Of a stretch of 64,000 nucleotides of DNA, positions 25,908 to 38,390 are shown one piece after another; within the stretch, counting starts at the first letter, position 1; each line of letters opens with the position of its first letter. A model generated the notes under the pieces. It was not told the origin of the DNA and did no database searches. It saw only the letters and a list, made by a program, of their open reading frames with translations. A program made the position numbers and the translations under genes. The DNA lies in assembly GCA_050230475.1 (NCBI GenBank), contig JBFLGF010000052.1, positions 1-64,000 on the forward strand, written 5' to 3'. The DNA comes from Ancylonema sp. (Eukaryota).

Positions 25908-28510
25908 CTACCTTCTTCTTTCTCTCACATCTTTGCGTCCAACTCGTCGCTCCTTCAACTCCCTCTCATCTCTCCCCCTTCTTTCTTCAATATTTTCTCC
26001 ACCCTTTGCCCCACCCCTTCCCCTATCTTGCGACCTCCGCCCCAAGACCCTATCTTTCTCGTCCTCCCCTTCACTTCTTCTTCCTCTTCTCTCCTCTCTA
26101 TCCCTAACTTCCCTATCCCCTAAGCTTGAACGATCTCTACGTCCCTCTCCCTCCCTACTCCTTTCCCGCTCTTTTCCCAACCTTCCGCTACCATCTTCTT
26201 CTCTTATCAACATTTTGGACCTATCCCCACTTCCCATCTCCTTTACTTCCCCCCCAACCCCTTCCCTCATTTGTCTCCCTTCATAAATCTCGACCCTTTC
26301 GCGTTCCGCGCCCCCACCCCTCTCTCCCCTCCTTCCACCCTCTCTCTCCTTATTCCCCTCTTCTCCTCCCCTACCCAACCTGCCCGCCCCACTTCCTCTT
26401 CCTTCCCCTTCCTCTCCACTGTGGCTCTCCCCCTTCCTCCCCCCAATACCATGCCCATTCTCTCCTCTCTCCCCCCTCTTCCTTCTCTTCTCGTCCGCCC
26501 CACCATCATCATCATCATCATCATCATCGCAACCAATCTTCTCTGACCTCACATTCCTTTCTCTCTTCCCACCCCCGCCCTCCCGCCCCCCCCCACCCTT
26601 GCCTCCACCCCCGTGTAACAAAGAAAACACGCCTCCTTCCCACGGCACCCCCACCCCAGCCCCAACCCCAGCCCCAGCCCCATCACCCCCCCTTTCCAAT
26701 TTCACCTCCTTCGCGGTTGGTGCCCTGGATGGGGGTGGGCCCATATCTGCATCCTTCCTAGATCCTCCAAACGCACCTCGCCCACCCCCCCTGCCCCGTC
26801 CCCCGCCCCGGCCCCCGCCCCCGCGCCCGCCCCCGGCCCCGCCCCCACCCCCATCGTCCTCCTCTCGTCTACCCCACCCCGTGTTCGCATTCCTCTGCGA
26901 CCAGAAGCAGGGAGAGCAAGCAGTGAGTGCCACAGCCTTCATGTTTAAGACTGGAGTGCACACGTTCAGGCCTCGTTATAAGAACACCTTGATCTGCCCA
27001 GATACCGTGTACTAAGTACTAACGAGTTTGTTGTAATAACAAAAGGCTTTGGTGGATCCACAAGGGGGAGGGTATCGTTATATTGAGCAGTGCATTGCTT
27101 AAAACGGACGGCCAGACCTCGGCATCGTGTGAGAAGAGGCATGAGGATCCTCGAGCACATTCCCCTCGCTGGAAATTGTAGCAAACCCCTCTCTCTTCCC
27201 GCTTCTTCTTCTCCTCCTCCTCGTCTTCCTCCTGCTTCTGCTTGTAATTGGCCACGTGGTCCACTTTGATGGTTCGCCCACCCACACGACCTCCGTTCAG
27301 GTTGTCTGTGAACAAATGACAGGCTCATGGGATCATGGGATCATGGTCTGATTGGGATCATGGGATCATGGTGTGAATGGGATCATGGTTTGAAGGACAC
27401 ATGTGTTTCTTTGTACATGTATAGATACACATGAATTTGTGATACATGTCTGGATCGTGCACATACATCTGTCACAATATGTATACGCTACAAATGCTCA
27501 ATGTTGCTTCATATATTATTGAGAAGTAAGGAGACAACTCTTGATTCTAAAAAAATACAAATACATGTACATTGATGCGATTTCAATGTGGATATCTCTG
27601 GCAATACAGTGCAACGATTCCTGCATAAAGCAGCCACCCCGTGCCGTGGTCACTCAGCTTTCAAAGCCAGGTTTGGAGTTCAGAGCCTGCCGCTTACCGA
27701 CAGCCAGTGTGGTGCTTCTCTGATCCTCGTACGCCACGAATGCAAATCCCCTAGATTTTCCAGTCGCTTTATCTCGAACCAAATTCACATCCACAATCTC
27801 CCCATACCTGAAATCAGGGGGCGGACAGATTTGTAGAACATTAGATTTGAATGTAACTCATAAAATCTGAAGGGGGGTTACTAATGATTTAAGAGGTGTT
27901 CTGAGCTCACTCCACAGTATGTCAAGCCCGCTGCTCAAAAACTCGCAATCGTTCTGTTACCGTGAGAATGATTCAGATGCCAAAAATGGACATAAGAGGT
28001 GGATGGTCCGTCGCGACTCCTTCAGGGATACGTTGTCACAGGCAAGGTGAGCGGCAGCTGGATTGAAAGGTGTGTTCGACTTCTTTAAAAGATCAGAGTC
28101 AGCTTTAGTATTTTTCTGCTGACGACTTTTTCTGAGTACAAGAATTGTGGCATGTGGTCACTCGGCGAACTCACAATAGCGGCCAGCGGCCAGCGATATG
28201 ATGTACTTAACGATCAGATTCAGCTCGAATTTGTCAAGGATGTAACAGACACCAAGTACGTCGGTTAAGTTTGGGAACAACTTGTTGTTTGCCGTACGAG
28301 GTGGCTAAATGTGTCGTCTGTGGGTTCAGACTCTCACTGTGACGTTAACGCTATGACGTCACCTTCCGTCAGATCAAAGGGCAGTCCTCCAACGTAGACG
28401 TAAGCAGAATCTTTGAACCTGGCATGCCAACTAGCATCGTCTGAAATACCCGCCTGAGCTTCTCGTAGCGTAGCTTTTTGAGTATTCTTAATTTGTGTAA
28501 GAGGATTCAT
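25908..28510 (-). CDS. RBMX2: RBMX2/Snu17(Ist3)-type RES-complex RRM protein with a CCCH zinc finger and an R/E/G-rich tail, 4 exons
   Basis: Exons 28510-28338, 27807-27698, 27305-27118, 26894-25908. MNPLTQIK..SWHARFKDSAYVYVGGLPFDLTEGD, KSRGFAFVAYEDQRSTTLAVDNLNG, RTIKVDH, and C-x7-C-x5-C-x3-H. The last exon may contain an unrecognised intron. Confidence 0.92.
27326..27389. repeat. GGGATCAT minisatellite in an RBMX2 intron
   Basis: Five GGGATCAT units in imperfect tandem. Confidence 0.7.
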
Positions 28511-28951
28511 GGTAATATTTTGGAGTTTCTTCCTTTCTTTCTAACTAAACGTTATCACAATGAATAGATGAGGGACTTTTCTCAGGCTCTCAACGTCGAG
28601 CATCCAGGGAGGGGGGAGGATATTAAAATACTAGTGATAAAATGAACTTCCCTCAGGGTAGAAAGCAGCTGTACGTTCAGCCGACCAGGTTTTTCCAAGT
28701 AACTCCTGATACTTCTACTTGCAACAGTCGTGCCGGACCACAACTACTAACTAAATTGATTGTTATATTTGTCGCAGCTGTTTCCCGCAGCTGTATGTCC
28801 GCCCTGTTCTCTGACACTGCCACTCTCTTTATAAAATCAGCAGGGATGGCGTACAAATAAAACCCCGATATCAGAAGCTTCGTTATAAAAAACTTGTTGC
28901 AAAAGAAAAACATTTTTTCTTCGCCGGACTTCATACTTCTTCGATATAAGC

Positions 28952-29526
28952 CATAGTTGGCCGCGCCCCGCAAATCCCGCTCCGATTTTCTCCCCGGGCG
29001 GACTCGCCCTGAGCGGCGCCCCGAGCGAAAATTATCCCGCCCGGGGCGGAGCCATAGAGGTTTTGCAGGTTTTTCGTAAAAGAACCATAAGACCACGTAG
29101 ATCATGTGCATTTTTAAAAAATTCGAATCCGACAAGTATTCAAGATTTTATACCGATAAGTACGCCTGCCATCTTTACCCGTGTAATATTCTTTTGTATA
29201 TCTCAAGTTTTATTTTTTTATTTTTTTTATTTTTGTTGCATTATAACACGCTACGCCACGGAGTCGGACTTATGGGTGACATTACTTAATGTCGGACTTG
29301 TGGCGTATGGTGCACATTGTGCAAGAAGTCGGTTTTGAACCAAACCAACCATATCTCCGCATTGCGGCATGTTTTTCTTTTTGGTATTTTGGCCTATGGC
29401 CTCGCCCCGCAAACTCCGCCCCGCTTCCTGCCCCGGGCGGGCCCGCCCCGGGCGGCACCCCGGGCGGGCCCGCCCCGGGCGGCACCCCGGGCGGAAAATA
29501 TCCCGTCCGGAGCAGGGCCGACTATG
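28952..29526 (+). mobile_element. hAT MITE family B, complete
   Basis: TIR CATAGTTGGC / GCCGACTATG, perfect 8-bp TSD ATATAAGC, paralogue at 3698-4246. Confidence 0.92.
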
Positions 29527-29579
29527 ATATAAGCACAGAAAACCACGTCCTACAAAAAGAAAAACCATGGGTGAAACTA

Positions 29580-30076
29580 CCGTACCGACGGTATGGTACC
29601 GGCCAACTTTAATACCCCACTAATATATTATTTGTGGCTGGGGTGCGGCAAGGAAAATAATATAACATTCTCGATTTTGGAGTATCTAGTAAGTTCGGTA
29701 ATTCATTTTTGGGACTTATGGGGTATTATCCTAGAACTGTGCCAGCCGGGGTAGCAGCGGCAGCAAGCTATAACAAACCGGGTATTTGGACGCGGTCACG
29801 ATTATGGGCGCGTTTCAATTTTCGATGCGCGGTTGTCAACTTTTACTGAATATAGGGGCTAGTATTGTGTCCATTTCCGGTCCAGAATAAATGACACCCG
29901 TTGTAGGATAAGGGTATCAAGTCGTTGAGAAAAAGTAATTAATTGCAAAATAAATGGGTTGGGGCAAGGGGGTGGGGTAACGATAACTAATTAATTTTGG
30001 TTGGAGTAAGGGGATGGGGCGTGAATAAACATATTGTTTGGGAAAAGGGGTGGGGTATTTACGTCGGCCGATACGG
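29580..30076. mobile_element. Tc1/mariner-type MITE (CCGTACCGGCC family), diverged copy
   Basis: TA-CCGTACCG... and ...GGCCGATACGG-TA ends, with internal similarity to 59668-60178. Confidence 0.6.
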
Positions 30077-30086
30077 TAAAGTACTA

Positions 30087-30259
30087 CAGTATAACGTGTC
30101 TAAAGGAATATTGTCTAAAGGAATAACCTCTCTAAAGGAAAAAACAATTCCGGTCCCAAAACTGGATTTGTTAGGAACCGTCCCTGTCTAAGTGAATAGC
30201 ATGTCTTAAGGAAAATTGTTTACTGGTCCCGACAATATTCCTTCATACACGTTTTAATG
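30087..30259. mobile_element. Short pogo-like MITE (TGTCTAAAGGAATA repeats)
   Basis: Imperfect TIR CAGTATAACGTGTCTAAAGGAATA / TATTCCTTCATACACGTTTTAATG with TA flanks. Related sequence lies near 24985-25135. Confidence 0.5.
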
Positions 30260-30356
30260 TAGTTCTATGGTTTCGTAGAAGCGTTTTGGTTGCGGTGCAA
30301 CGATCTCTTCCACATGTTTTTCAAGCTAGAACATTGCAAGTAGAGTACGGCATTCC

Positions 30357-31476
30357 TGTCATGACGCTAGAGATCGCTAAGGCGAAACCCCTCTAGATTG
30401 ATTAGAAACCCCTCTAGATTAATACGTCTCTACAACGAGAGTATTCGATACAACGATAATCTAGAACCATTACTTTTTGAGAAAAGTGTGAAGTACTATT
30501 TTTTGTACGACTTGAAAATAACGCGTGGCATATTTTTAGAAGTCTAAGAACTTAGGAGTTTCAACAAATAGTTGCGTGTCAATATTTTGTAAATCGACAA
30601 TTTCACTTTCGACATGTCGACATTACCGGCGATTAAATCCAGCCGTAGAACTAGAATATTATTTCGCACCGCTTTTATCGGAGCGCCGAGATGAATTGTA
30701 ATGTTCTAGAAGCTAGCCTGTCGTGATCTTCGATAGACTAACTCTAGTTAACTATGCTGGTTAGCACCGCGCAACAACCTTTGGATAAAAGACGAATTGT
30801 ACCTGCAGATGTGCCAGCTTCCGCTGTCAGACTACGCTGTTAAGAAATCCCTACAACAATCTTAGGTGTTATCTGAATCCTTCGCAATTCTCTGAATATT
30901 GCATTCCTTCGCTTACGCGACTTCGCAACGTGCTCGTCTTCCGACTCAGCCTGACATCCGTCAGCCAGCCGGTAACATTGCAAATCATTATTTGCAATCT
31001 GTGTGTGTGTGTGTATTTTTATTTGATTCATCTGAATCTGTTGCTCACGCTCTTTCTGAGCCAGTTTGTTAATCGATTGTAATTTCTTACCTCGATTCGC
31101 TGACGCTCTCTCTGAGCCAGCAAGCGTGCGTGTGTGTTTTGATATGTGTGTGTTTTGATATCTGTCGATTTGCCTGCGTTCTTGTGTGTGTGTGTGTGTG
31201 TGTTTGCTGTCGCTCGCTCCGAGCCAGCATTCATTTGTTGTAAACACCTGTCTGCTGACGCTCTTTCTGAGCCAGCATCTTTTATCGACGCGCCGTCGAT
31301 ACTTTGCTTTCGCACCGAAACTCTTACGGCTGCTAACCTTGCTAACCTTGGTAGTGTGCTCCAGACTATCTTGTTTGTTTTATAATATTTTCACAGACTT
31401 TAGTATTATAAACCATCTGTTAGCTCGTCCTCGGCGGTAAGTAGTGAATTTCACCAGACCGCTGAGACGTGTGATA
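30357..31476 (+). repeat. 5' LTR (3' boundary uncertain)
   Basis: TG start. 30357-30980 matches the downstream copy. Possible end TGTGATA at ~31476; an alternative TGACA at 30956 is passed by the homology. Confidence 0.6.
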
Positions 31477-31567
31477 GATATAATATTGATATCTCAGCAG
31501 AGACTCAATCTGCAATCCTACTTTAAGACCTTGAATTATCAACAATTAAAAGTCAGAAAAGGTAAAT

Positions 31568-31611
<44 letters not shown>

Positions 31612-32167
31612 CTTTTTTTCTACTTTTTTATATTCGATGTGCTCGCAAGAGTAGTGCATGCAGTGGTCACGAGATAGTAGAGGGAGATTAATTAAACTAG
31701 CGATAACCAAATCTGTTGAAATTGTCGATCGACCAGCTACACCAGCTGTCGACAATAACTGTCCACGATCACCGGACATTGATATAATTAATATCGAATC
31801 ACCAGCTGCACCAGTTGTTGATAACATTGATACGGATATTGAAAATCCAGCTGCACCAGCTGTCAATATCTCGGCATTCCATCTGCCTAGTACTCTTTTC
31901 GATAACGATTCTACAACCCAAGTATAATTAAAATTTGAACCCAACAAATTGACACGTTCGACATCCGAATCAGAGCATTCTTTGGAATGCCTACCTACAG
32001 GCTCCATTAACTTGAAACCTGTTTTGATTATTGACACAGACGACCACATCGTCGACACCACAACACCTGTGGCTGGACCATCGAAAATTGTTCCCACTAC
32101 AATGCCACCAAGCGCTGCAACAACATCCATTTATCGACACAAGATAAAAGGTGGGACAGACACTACC

Positions 32168-34510
32168 ATGGCCAATCCAACGCCACTACCGACATATACT
32201 GGAGAAACTGGTGTCAAACAAGACGAGTTCATCGATAGTTTGAGACACTTAGACCGAACTCAACAACGCGCACAGCGTATGGGGCATGTACAGTGGGACT
32301 GAGTACTTGCAGCAGGTCAGTATATGAAGGCAGAAGCTCATCGAGAATGGCAACAGTTTGTACGTGACAACCGTGGTACTACTACTACGGAAGATATTCG
32401 AGATATGACCGCGAACATAATTCCAATGTCGCATATTATTTCGTCTGCAAGGTAGACCTGGATGGACAGCATGCACCGATCAAACCCAGACAGTACCGGC
32501 AGCAGAACCAACAGAACTGGAATTGTTCATTACTACCATCAAAATTCGTTTTCGAACTTGAGCTGCAGAATTTGTCACTCAGATCGAAACATTTTCAGCA
32601 CGACCCAACGACAGTGTTGCAACCACATTTGCACGCTTTAATGAACCAGCAACAATTTTATTGTTCAAGAGGCAAGAGCAATGACAGAAGAACAACTGGC
32701 TAGGAGGTATCTACCACATATTCCTCTACCACTACAGCCTTATATCGACGACTGGCATTTCCGTGAATCAGAGGAAGGTATTACACAAATCCACCGGATC
32801 CTCCTATCACACGGAAAGAGATTATGGAGAAAGCCAACAAGGCTGAATTACTACGTATGAAACAAGATGCTGAGAACCGCGCAGCTGGGATCACTAGATC
32901 GCCTAAACTACCTTCATACACTCCATCTACTCCTTACAATGCTCCTAAACCAACAGGCGTCTTGACACCACGACATGATAACAGCATGGAATGCTATAAT
33001 TGTCATCAGACTGGACACCTTTCGCGTGACTGTCTTGCTCCAAGGAAACAGAACAACTTCCGGTCATCAAGATACCAATCTGACAAAACTTCCAAAACCA
33101 ACCAATCCTCAGGGTCACAGTTTAATGGAAGTGCGTACGGTACTGAAAACATACAAACTTGCAAACCACGACCTCGCCAGTTTGATGCAAAACAGTACTC
33201 CGCTGATGCATTCTGTGAATATTGCAAAGGGAAACACCACACCCGAGACCAATGTCAGAAACTTGCCAAGGCACAAAACTTACTAACTCCCAGTACACCA
33301 CCCAGTGCAGATACTCTACCCAAACAAATCGGGTGGAAGACTCCTGAGACGCTGACAAGTTACCTGGCTATGCAAGTAGACGACTTGGCACGCCAACGCG
33401 AATTGGAGACCATGTCGCACCAGACAATAGACTCCGAGGTAATTGACCATACCATTCCTTGTCAATACCTCATGTCAACGAGACGTTCACCACGGGTAGT
33501 TGCAAAAGAGAAGAAGAAACAAGCGGCCATTCAGAAGCAAACCCGATTTCATGTTCCGGTGGTCACTCTCAGCTCTGATGCAGTCTCACCATCGGAATCT
33601 ACCACAGATTATTACACTCCACGCGTGGATACACCTGGGAATACAACACAAGTACCAACCTTGCCTGCAACTACACCAATTCATTATCAATCTGATCCTG
33701 AACCAAGTAGTTCTACCACTCCATACCCGGAGCCTCATCCAGGGACATTGCTGGAACAACGAACAAGAGAGGGGGAGGATTACGGTCGCAGACAGGGATA
33801 CAGTACCAAAATGCTAGACTCATTTGTACCTGATTTTCCTAACATTTTGGAAGCTAGAACTACAAACATGAACCAGTTCCATGATACTGCTACCCCTCCA
33901 CCCATGCCTTTACCACAGGCACAAGCTCTTCGTGACATGCTTCATGACCATGTCAATGTCTTGCGTGCACAACTGCAGATCGCAGAAAAGGCACGAGACA
34001 ACGCGGCTGCACTTGTCAGCTCCATGCAAGAACCTGCAACCCAATACACCACCAGTCAGGTTTTCACCACCTCCTCACCACGCAACTCTCAAGACATCAA
34101 ATATGGTATTGCACTCCTTCGCAACAACCGTGGAGTGTTAACAATCATGAATGAGAAACCAAACAAGGTGGTAGTTGACAGTGGTGCCATCAAAACCATG
34201 ATAGGCATAATCATAGCATCAAACTTGGAATCACACCAAACATGTTGAAACCTGGGACACCATACATCACTGCAATCTGATGCTCAAAAAATCAGTCTCG
34301 GGTCAACCAAAGAAAAATTCCCAATTACCATTGGCAGGGGCACACCCAACCCAACCACCATTTACATGAAACTACACATGTCTCCATCCAAAGAATTTGA
34401 TGTCTTACTGGGCAATGAAATTCTTGGACCTATTGGTGGCTACTCTGCCCCTTGGCAACATCTATTTTTTTATAGGGCAGATTGGGAAAGGGGTGGGTTA
34501 TGTCTAGCTT
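32168..34510 (+). pseudogene. gag plus aspartic protease (frameshifted)
   Basis: MANPTPLPTYTG gag-like start, zinc knuckles CYNCHQTGHLSRDC and CEYCKGKHHTRDQC, retropepsin motifs VVVDSGA and FDVLLGN. Confidence 0.82.
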
Positions 34511-36291
34511 CTTACCAAGCTGAGGATCGTGCTGCAGCTCTCCAACAGAAGAAGAAGAAAGCCCAAGCCGACCAATCTGCCAGAGACGGTGAATCTGCAC
34601 GTGTCAGCCCACGCCGTTTCATCCAATTCGGCTCCCAACCATAGGAGGCCGTCTTTCGTACCTTACCAACAGTCAAAGTGGCAGCAGGTGATTATGAGGA
34701 TAACTATCCCCCCGCACCTGGCTCCAAACGCATTGACCCTCCACCTGAGTTCACAACGAACAATGTGGAATTCCAAGGAACTGAGGATACACCTCACCAA
34801 TCAGTAGTACGTCATCGACTGTATGCTGAAATCGAGGACAAAATCAAGCGCAAGTACATTCCTGACGCACTTGCCAAAGCAGAGTTTATGGATTTCACCC
34901 AACTCATATCATCTCGCAGTAGCGGGTGTCAGACATTATTACGCGCTGCTAGATTTGAAGAGACTTCTACCCCCATGGAATTAGACACACCAACCAATCC
35001 ATCCTCAGACATTCCAACCAATCCCACATCACCTCCACATTCTCTTCCTGATTCTGCTACAGACCTTCCTCAAGATGACGACGACACCTTCAAACCCGAT
35101 GAGCTACACGAGCTCACGGAGGACGTATTGCGAGACCAATACCACGCAATGATCTCGCAACAGAAAAGTTTTCGAGCCGTCGTCCTCAAAGCAGCCAAAA
35201 CAGAGGCAGAGACAACGATCACACGCAAAATCGCAAAACTCATCAACCACCACAAAAAGGTGCGTACTATCAAGGATGAGCAAGGTGAACTTGACATCGT
35301 CGCAGCCCGGGAGGAAGAAAAACGCAAATGGATCCAGCACTATGATCTTCTCGTGGACAACCTGCATTCCAAATTGGAGGACAAAATGCAGGACCTGGTC
35401 AGACTTCATGCAACACAACTCTAGGAAGTTCGCCAAGAAGCTGCTCATCTGGAACAGAGGCTGCAGATGGAAATCGGCAAGAATGTGCTGCACGGAGAAC
35501 AGTCAGCAGCAATTCCTCGTTCCTCACCTAGTAGCTCTGCACCTTCTACATCCATCAGCTCTGCACCTTCCCCTGCTGCAAGCACCCCTATTCAACCAGC
35601 GGGTGATACCATGGACACCTCGGAGGCTGTGAGACATCCAACAACTGCTGCGCGCACACGAGAGGCATACTCCACTCAACCAATTTCCCCGAGTGAAGTT
35701 CGACCAGCCAACCGGCAGCGCATGCAGCCAGCATCCCCAGCCGCAACAACACATCGCGTAGAAAATTACCTGATGGATAGTCGGCGGTCTACGCCAACAA
35801 CTCCCAGCTCATCATCCCAGCTACCTACGCCGGAGGACCCGGGACAACCCATCGTCTGCGCCATGGAGAGGGAGGTTGTGAAGAGCAAGCCAATCGGGGC
35901 ATACGCACACCTGCGTGACCCCAGAGACAAAACCGATGTTGCTCAACATCTGGCACGCACGAATACCAGTGTGTCAGATTTTACCTTTCGCCAAGCATTT
36001 GTTCGACCGGCCATGGCGCATCTCCTCAACATGGGCGCCATACCAAAGGCCTTCTCCGGAGTAGATCGTAGCAAGTTGGCTGATTCCATCTACGCGCCAA
36101 GTATTCTGCATTACGGATACGCTCACTACCAAACCATCAAGCGAAATGGCCAAAGACATCTGCGGGAGGCACACCTCAAAATGAAGCATGACTACCAACC
36201 ACTCCCACAATCCCTCAAATGGTGTGGTCTTACATTTCAAGGTGCATACAAATTTCCCCGTACCATCATCTCCACGCACCCAGCTTCGGAG

Positions 36292-37260
36292 GCTCGTGGC
36301 CTGCACATCTATATTCCCTTCGGCAACCTGGAGATTGTGGAGATTTGTCTCGAAGGAGGCTCCATCGTTTCCCACGTCACGCCGCAGACGAGCTGCATCT
36401 ACACCAAAAACAAATATCGTCAGAAGCTGCGACAACTTCAACTCCGCTTCCCAAACCAGCTGCCAAACTCGGCGATTGAACACTGTGATGAAATTCTTTC
36501 TACCAACGTCACCAACACAGCAACGCAGCAGATGGACGCACTTTTTCGTCAGAAAGGCCCCTTCGACGTGGTCGGTGGTAACTACCACACTGAGGTAGAA
36601 CGAACCTACAGCCCACTTCGTGGCGGCCAGGACCATCGCCTCGCTTCACTTCTCGTTGTCATCAATTGGATCCATTACAGCGCCCAGCTCGCAAAATTCT
36701 ACCCGCTTCACATTTTCTACACCCACATCGGAACACACGAGTACCCTCCTTGGGTGGACGACGTGTACCACGTGGCGCGTGCATTCGTGGGCAACGCTGT
36801 TGAGCTCCAACCACTTTAGTTTTCGGGTCACGTACATCGCCCAACTCGGGTGTGGACCAATTTCATCACACCACGCGGGCTGGAACTGGCGCAACCTACG
36901 TGGCAGACCCGGGAGCCGCTGCAGTGATTCTGCAACCTCGGGAGAGGGCACAAATCCTGACTCTTCCCGACCTGGTGAATCACAAACTCACCTGCATGGG
37001 CAACCGACTGGCTGTGTTTCCCACTTTGAGTCCTTACCTTTGGACAAGCGACTATACACTGCAATCGGATGGACGACCCGGCATCGGGATGTTGTTTGAT
37101 GCACCATCTCAGCAGTACGTGCCGCCTTCGCCATTCGAGATCGAGCAAGCCCTGGGACGACCGGTGGGATACTCAGCTCATGGTCGTATCACCGACGACA
37201 TGCGCGCCTCTCACCTAGGCCACATGATGGACGGACGACTCATCATGTTCCTGGCGGAAA
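36292..37260 (+). pseudogene. C5-cytosine DNA methyltransferase-like domain with substituted catalytic motifs
   Basis: Ordered motif remnants: GLHIYIPFGNL (I), GPFDVVGGNYHTE (IV), RGGQDHR (V), HIFYTH (VI), HRPTRVWTN (VIII), PSPFEIEQALG (IX), RASHLGHMMD (X). One stop (36817) and one frameshift (~36925). Confidence 0.72.
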
Positions 37261-38390
37261 TCCTGCAAGGCACCAAACCACAGGGATCACCCCTCACCTC
37301 GGAACAAAGGTATTTACCAACCTCGACTCTGGGGGGGAGGGACACTAGATCCTCTGGTCAACCAATTTCAACCAATCCTGTCAAACCACACGGACGGACC
37401 GAATCCAAATCTGAAGTCAAACTTCACGACCAATCTAAGGGCAAAACCAATACAGCCAAAAGTCAAACCACCAATTTAGGACCTAATATGGTATCGAAAC
37501 CCGGTCCACGACCACGGTCCTTAAATGCAACCAAACAAAGCGAAATAAAGCCTAAAAACACACCGGTCAAACTTGATCCTTTTGGTCCACGAAATTCTGG
37601 TCTCCGATCCTTACCTGGTCAACAAAATAACACTCCGAATGAGTCCACAGCCATCCCAGACCTACCAAACATCACTTGGATATCCAATAACCCAAGACGA
37701 CAATCTCAATCTACATCTCATGCTGCCTCTTACCAAACGAGGAAACACCATCACAAACAGCATGAAGATTTCTCCTTCCTCAACCACACTTTTAAGTACA
37801 AACCATCAGAACCTTCCGCACTACCACCTGTACAACTACATTTTTCCTTATCACCATATTCTACCTCACAATCCACACTCTCGGATTCTCTCAATATACC
37901 CGATAGTCTACCAGACTTAATGGAAGTACCATCTTCCCCAGATTATGACCATTCCATTTACACTTATTTGGATGATTCTACAATTCCTACCTACACCCAG
38001 GGATCTGCACCTAACCCTGATGCATTGTTCGCAATATTAAGTACAAGATTACCTTCTACTGGTGATCCTGGCTTACCTTTACCTTCCAGTTCTCCCACTC
38101 AACCACGGCAAACTTTTGTCATGTTCTTATACAACCTCGTATGCTGCTGTTTCCCAGCTCCTTCACAAGCGTTCCACAGCTGGGGGGGGGGGAGTGACAG
38201 CAGCCGGACCACCAACTCCACCTGAGAACCTTCGATCACCTTCGAACGACATCGATACCAACCCAGTCAACATTATCATTACTCAACCACGAGCATTACC
38301 ACAGTCATCATTCTGAGAAACATCCGGGAACAAGAAGTCAAAGTACGAAGAATATCATTTCGGGCGGCCGACTCCAAACAGCACGTCAGC

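Noticed and set aside
25816..27015. Pro/Ser/His-rich plus-strand ORFs
   Set aside because: Antisense shadows of the low-complexity RBMX2 exon.
31546..32130. 194-aa antisense ORF ending in poly-Lys
   Set aside because: Arises from the T-run and repeats in the LTR-element leader; no domain.
36292..37260. Active DNA methyltransferase gene
   Set aside because: It lacks FxGxG, PC and ENV and has a stop and a frameshift, so it is reported only as DNMT-like.
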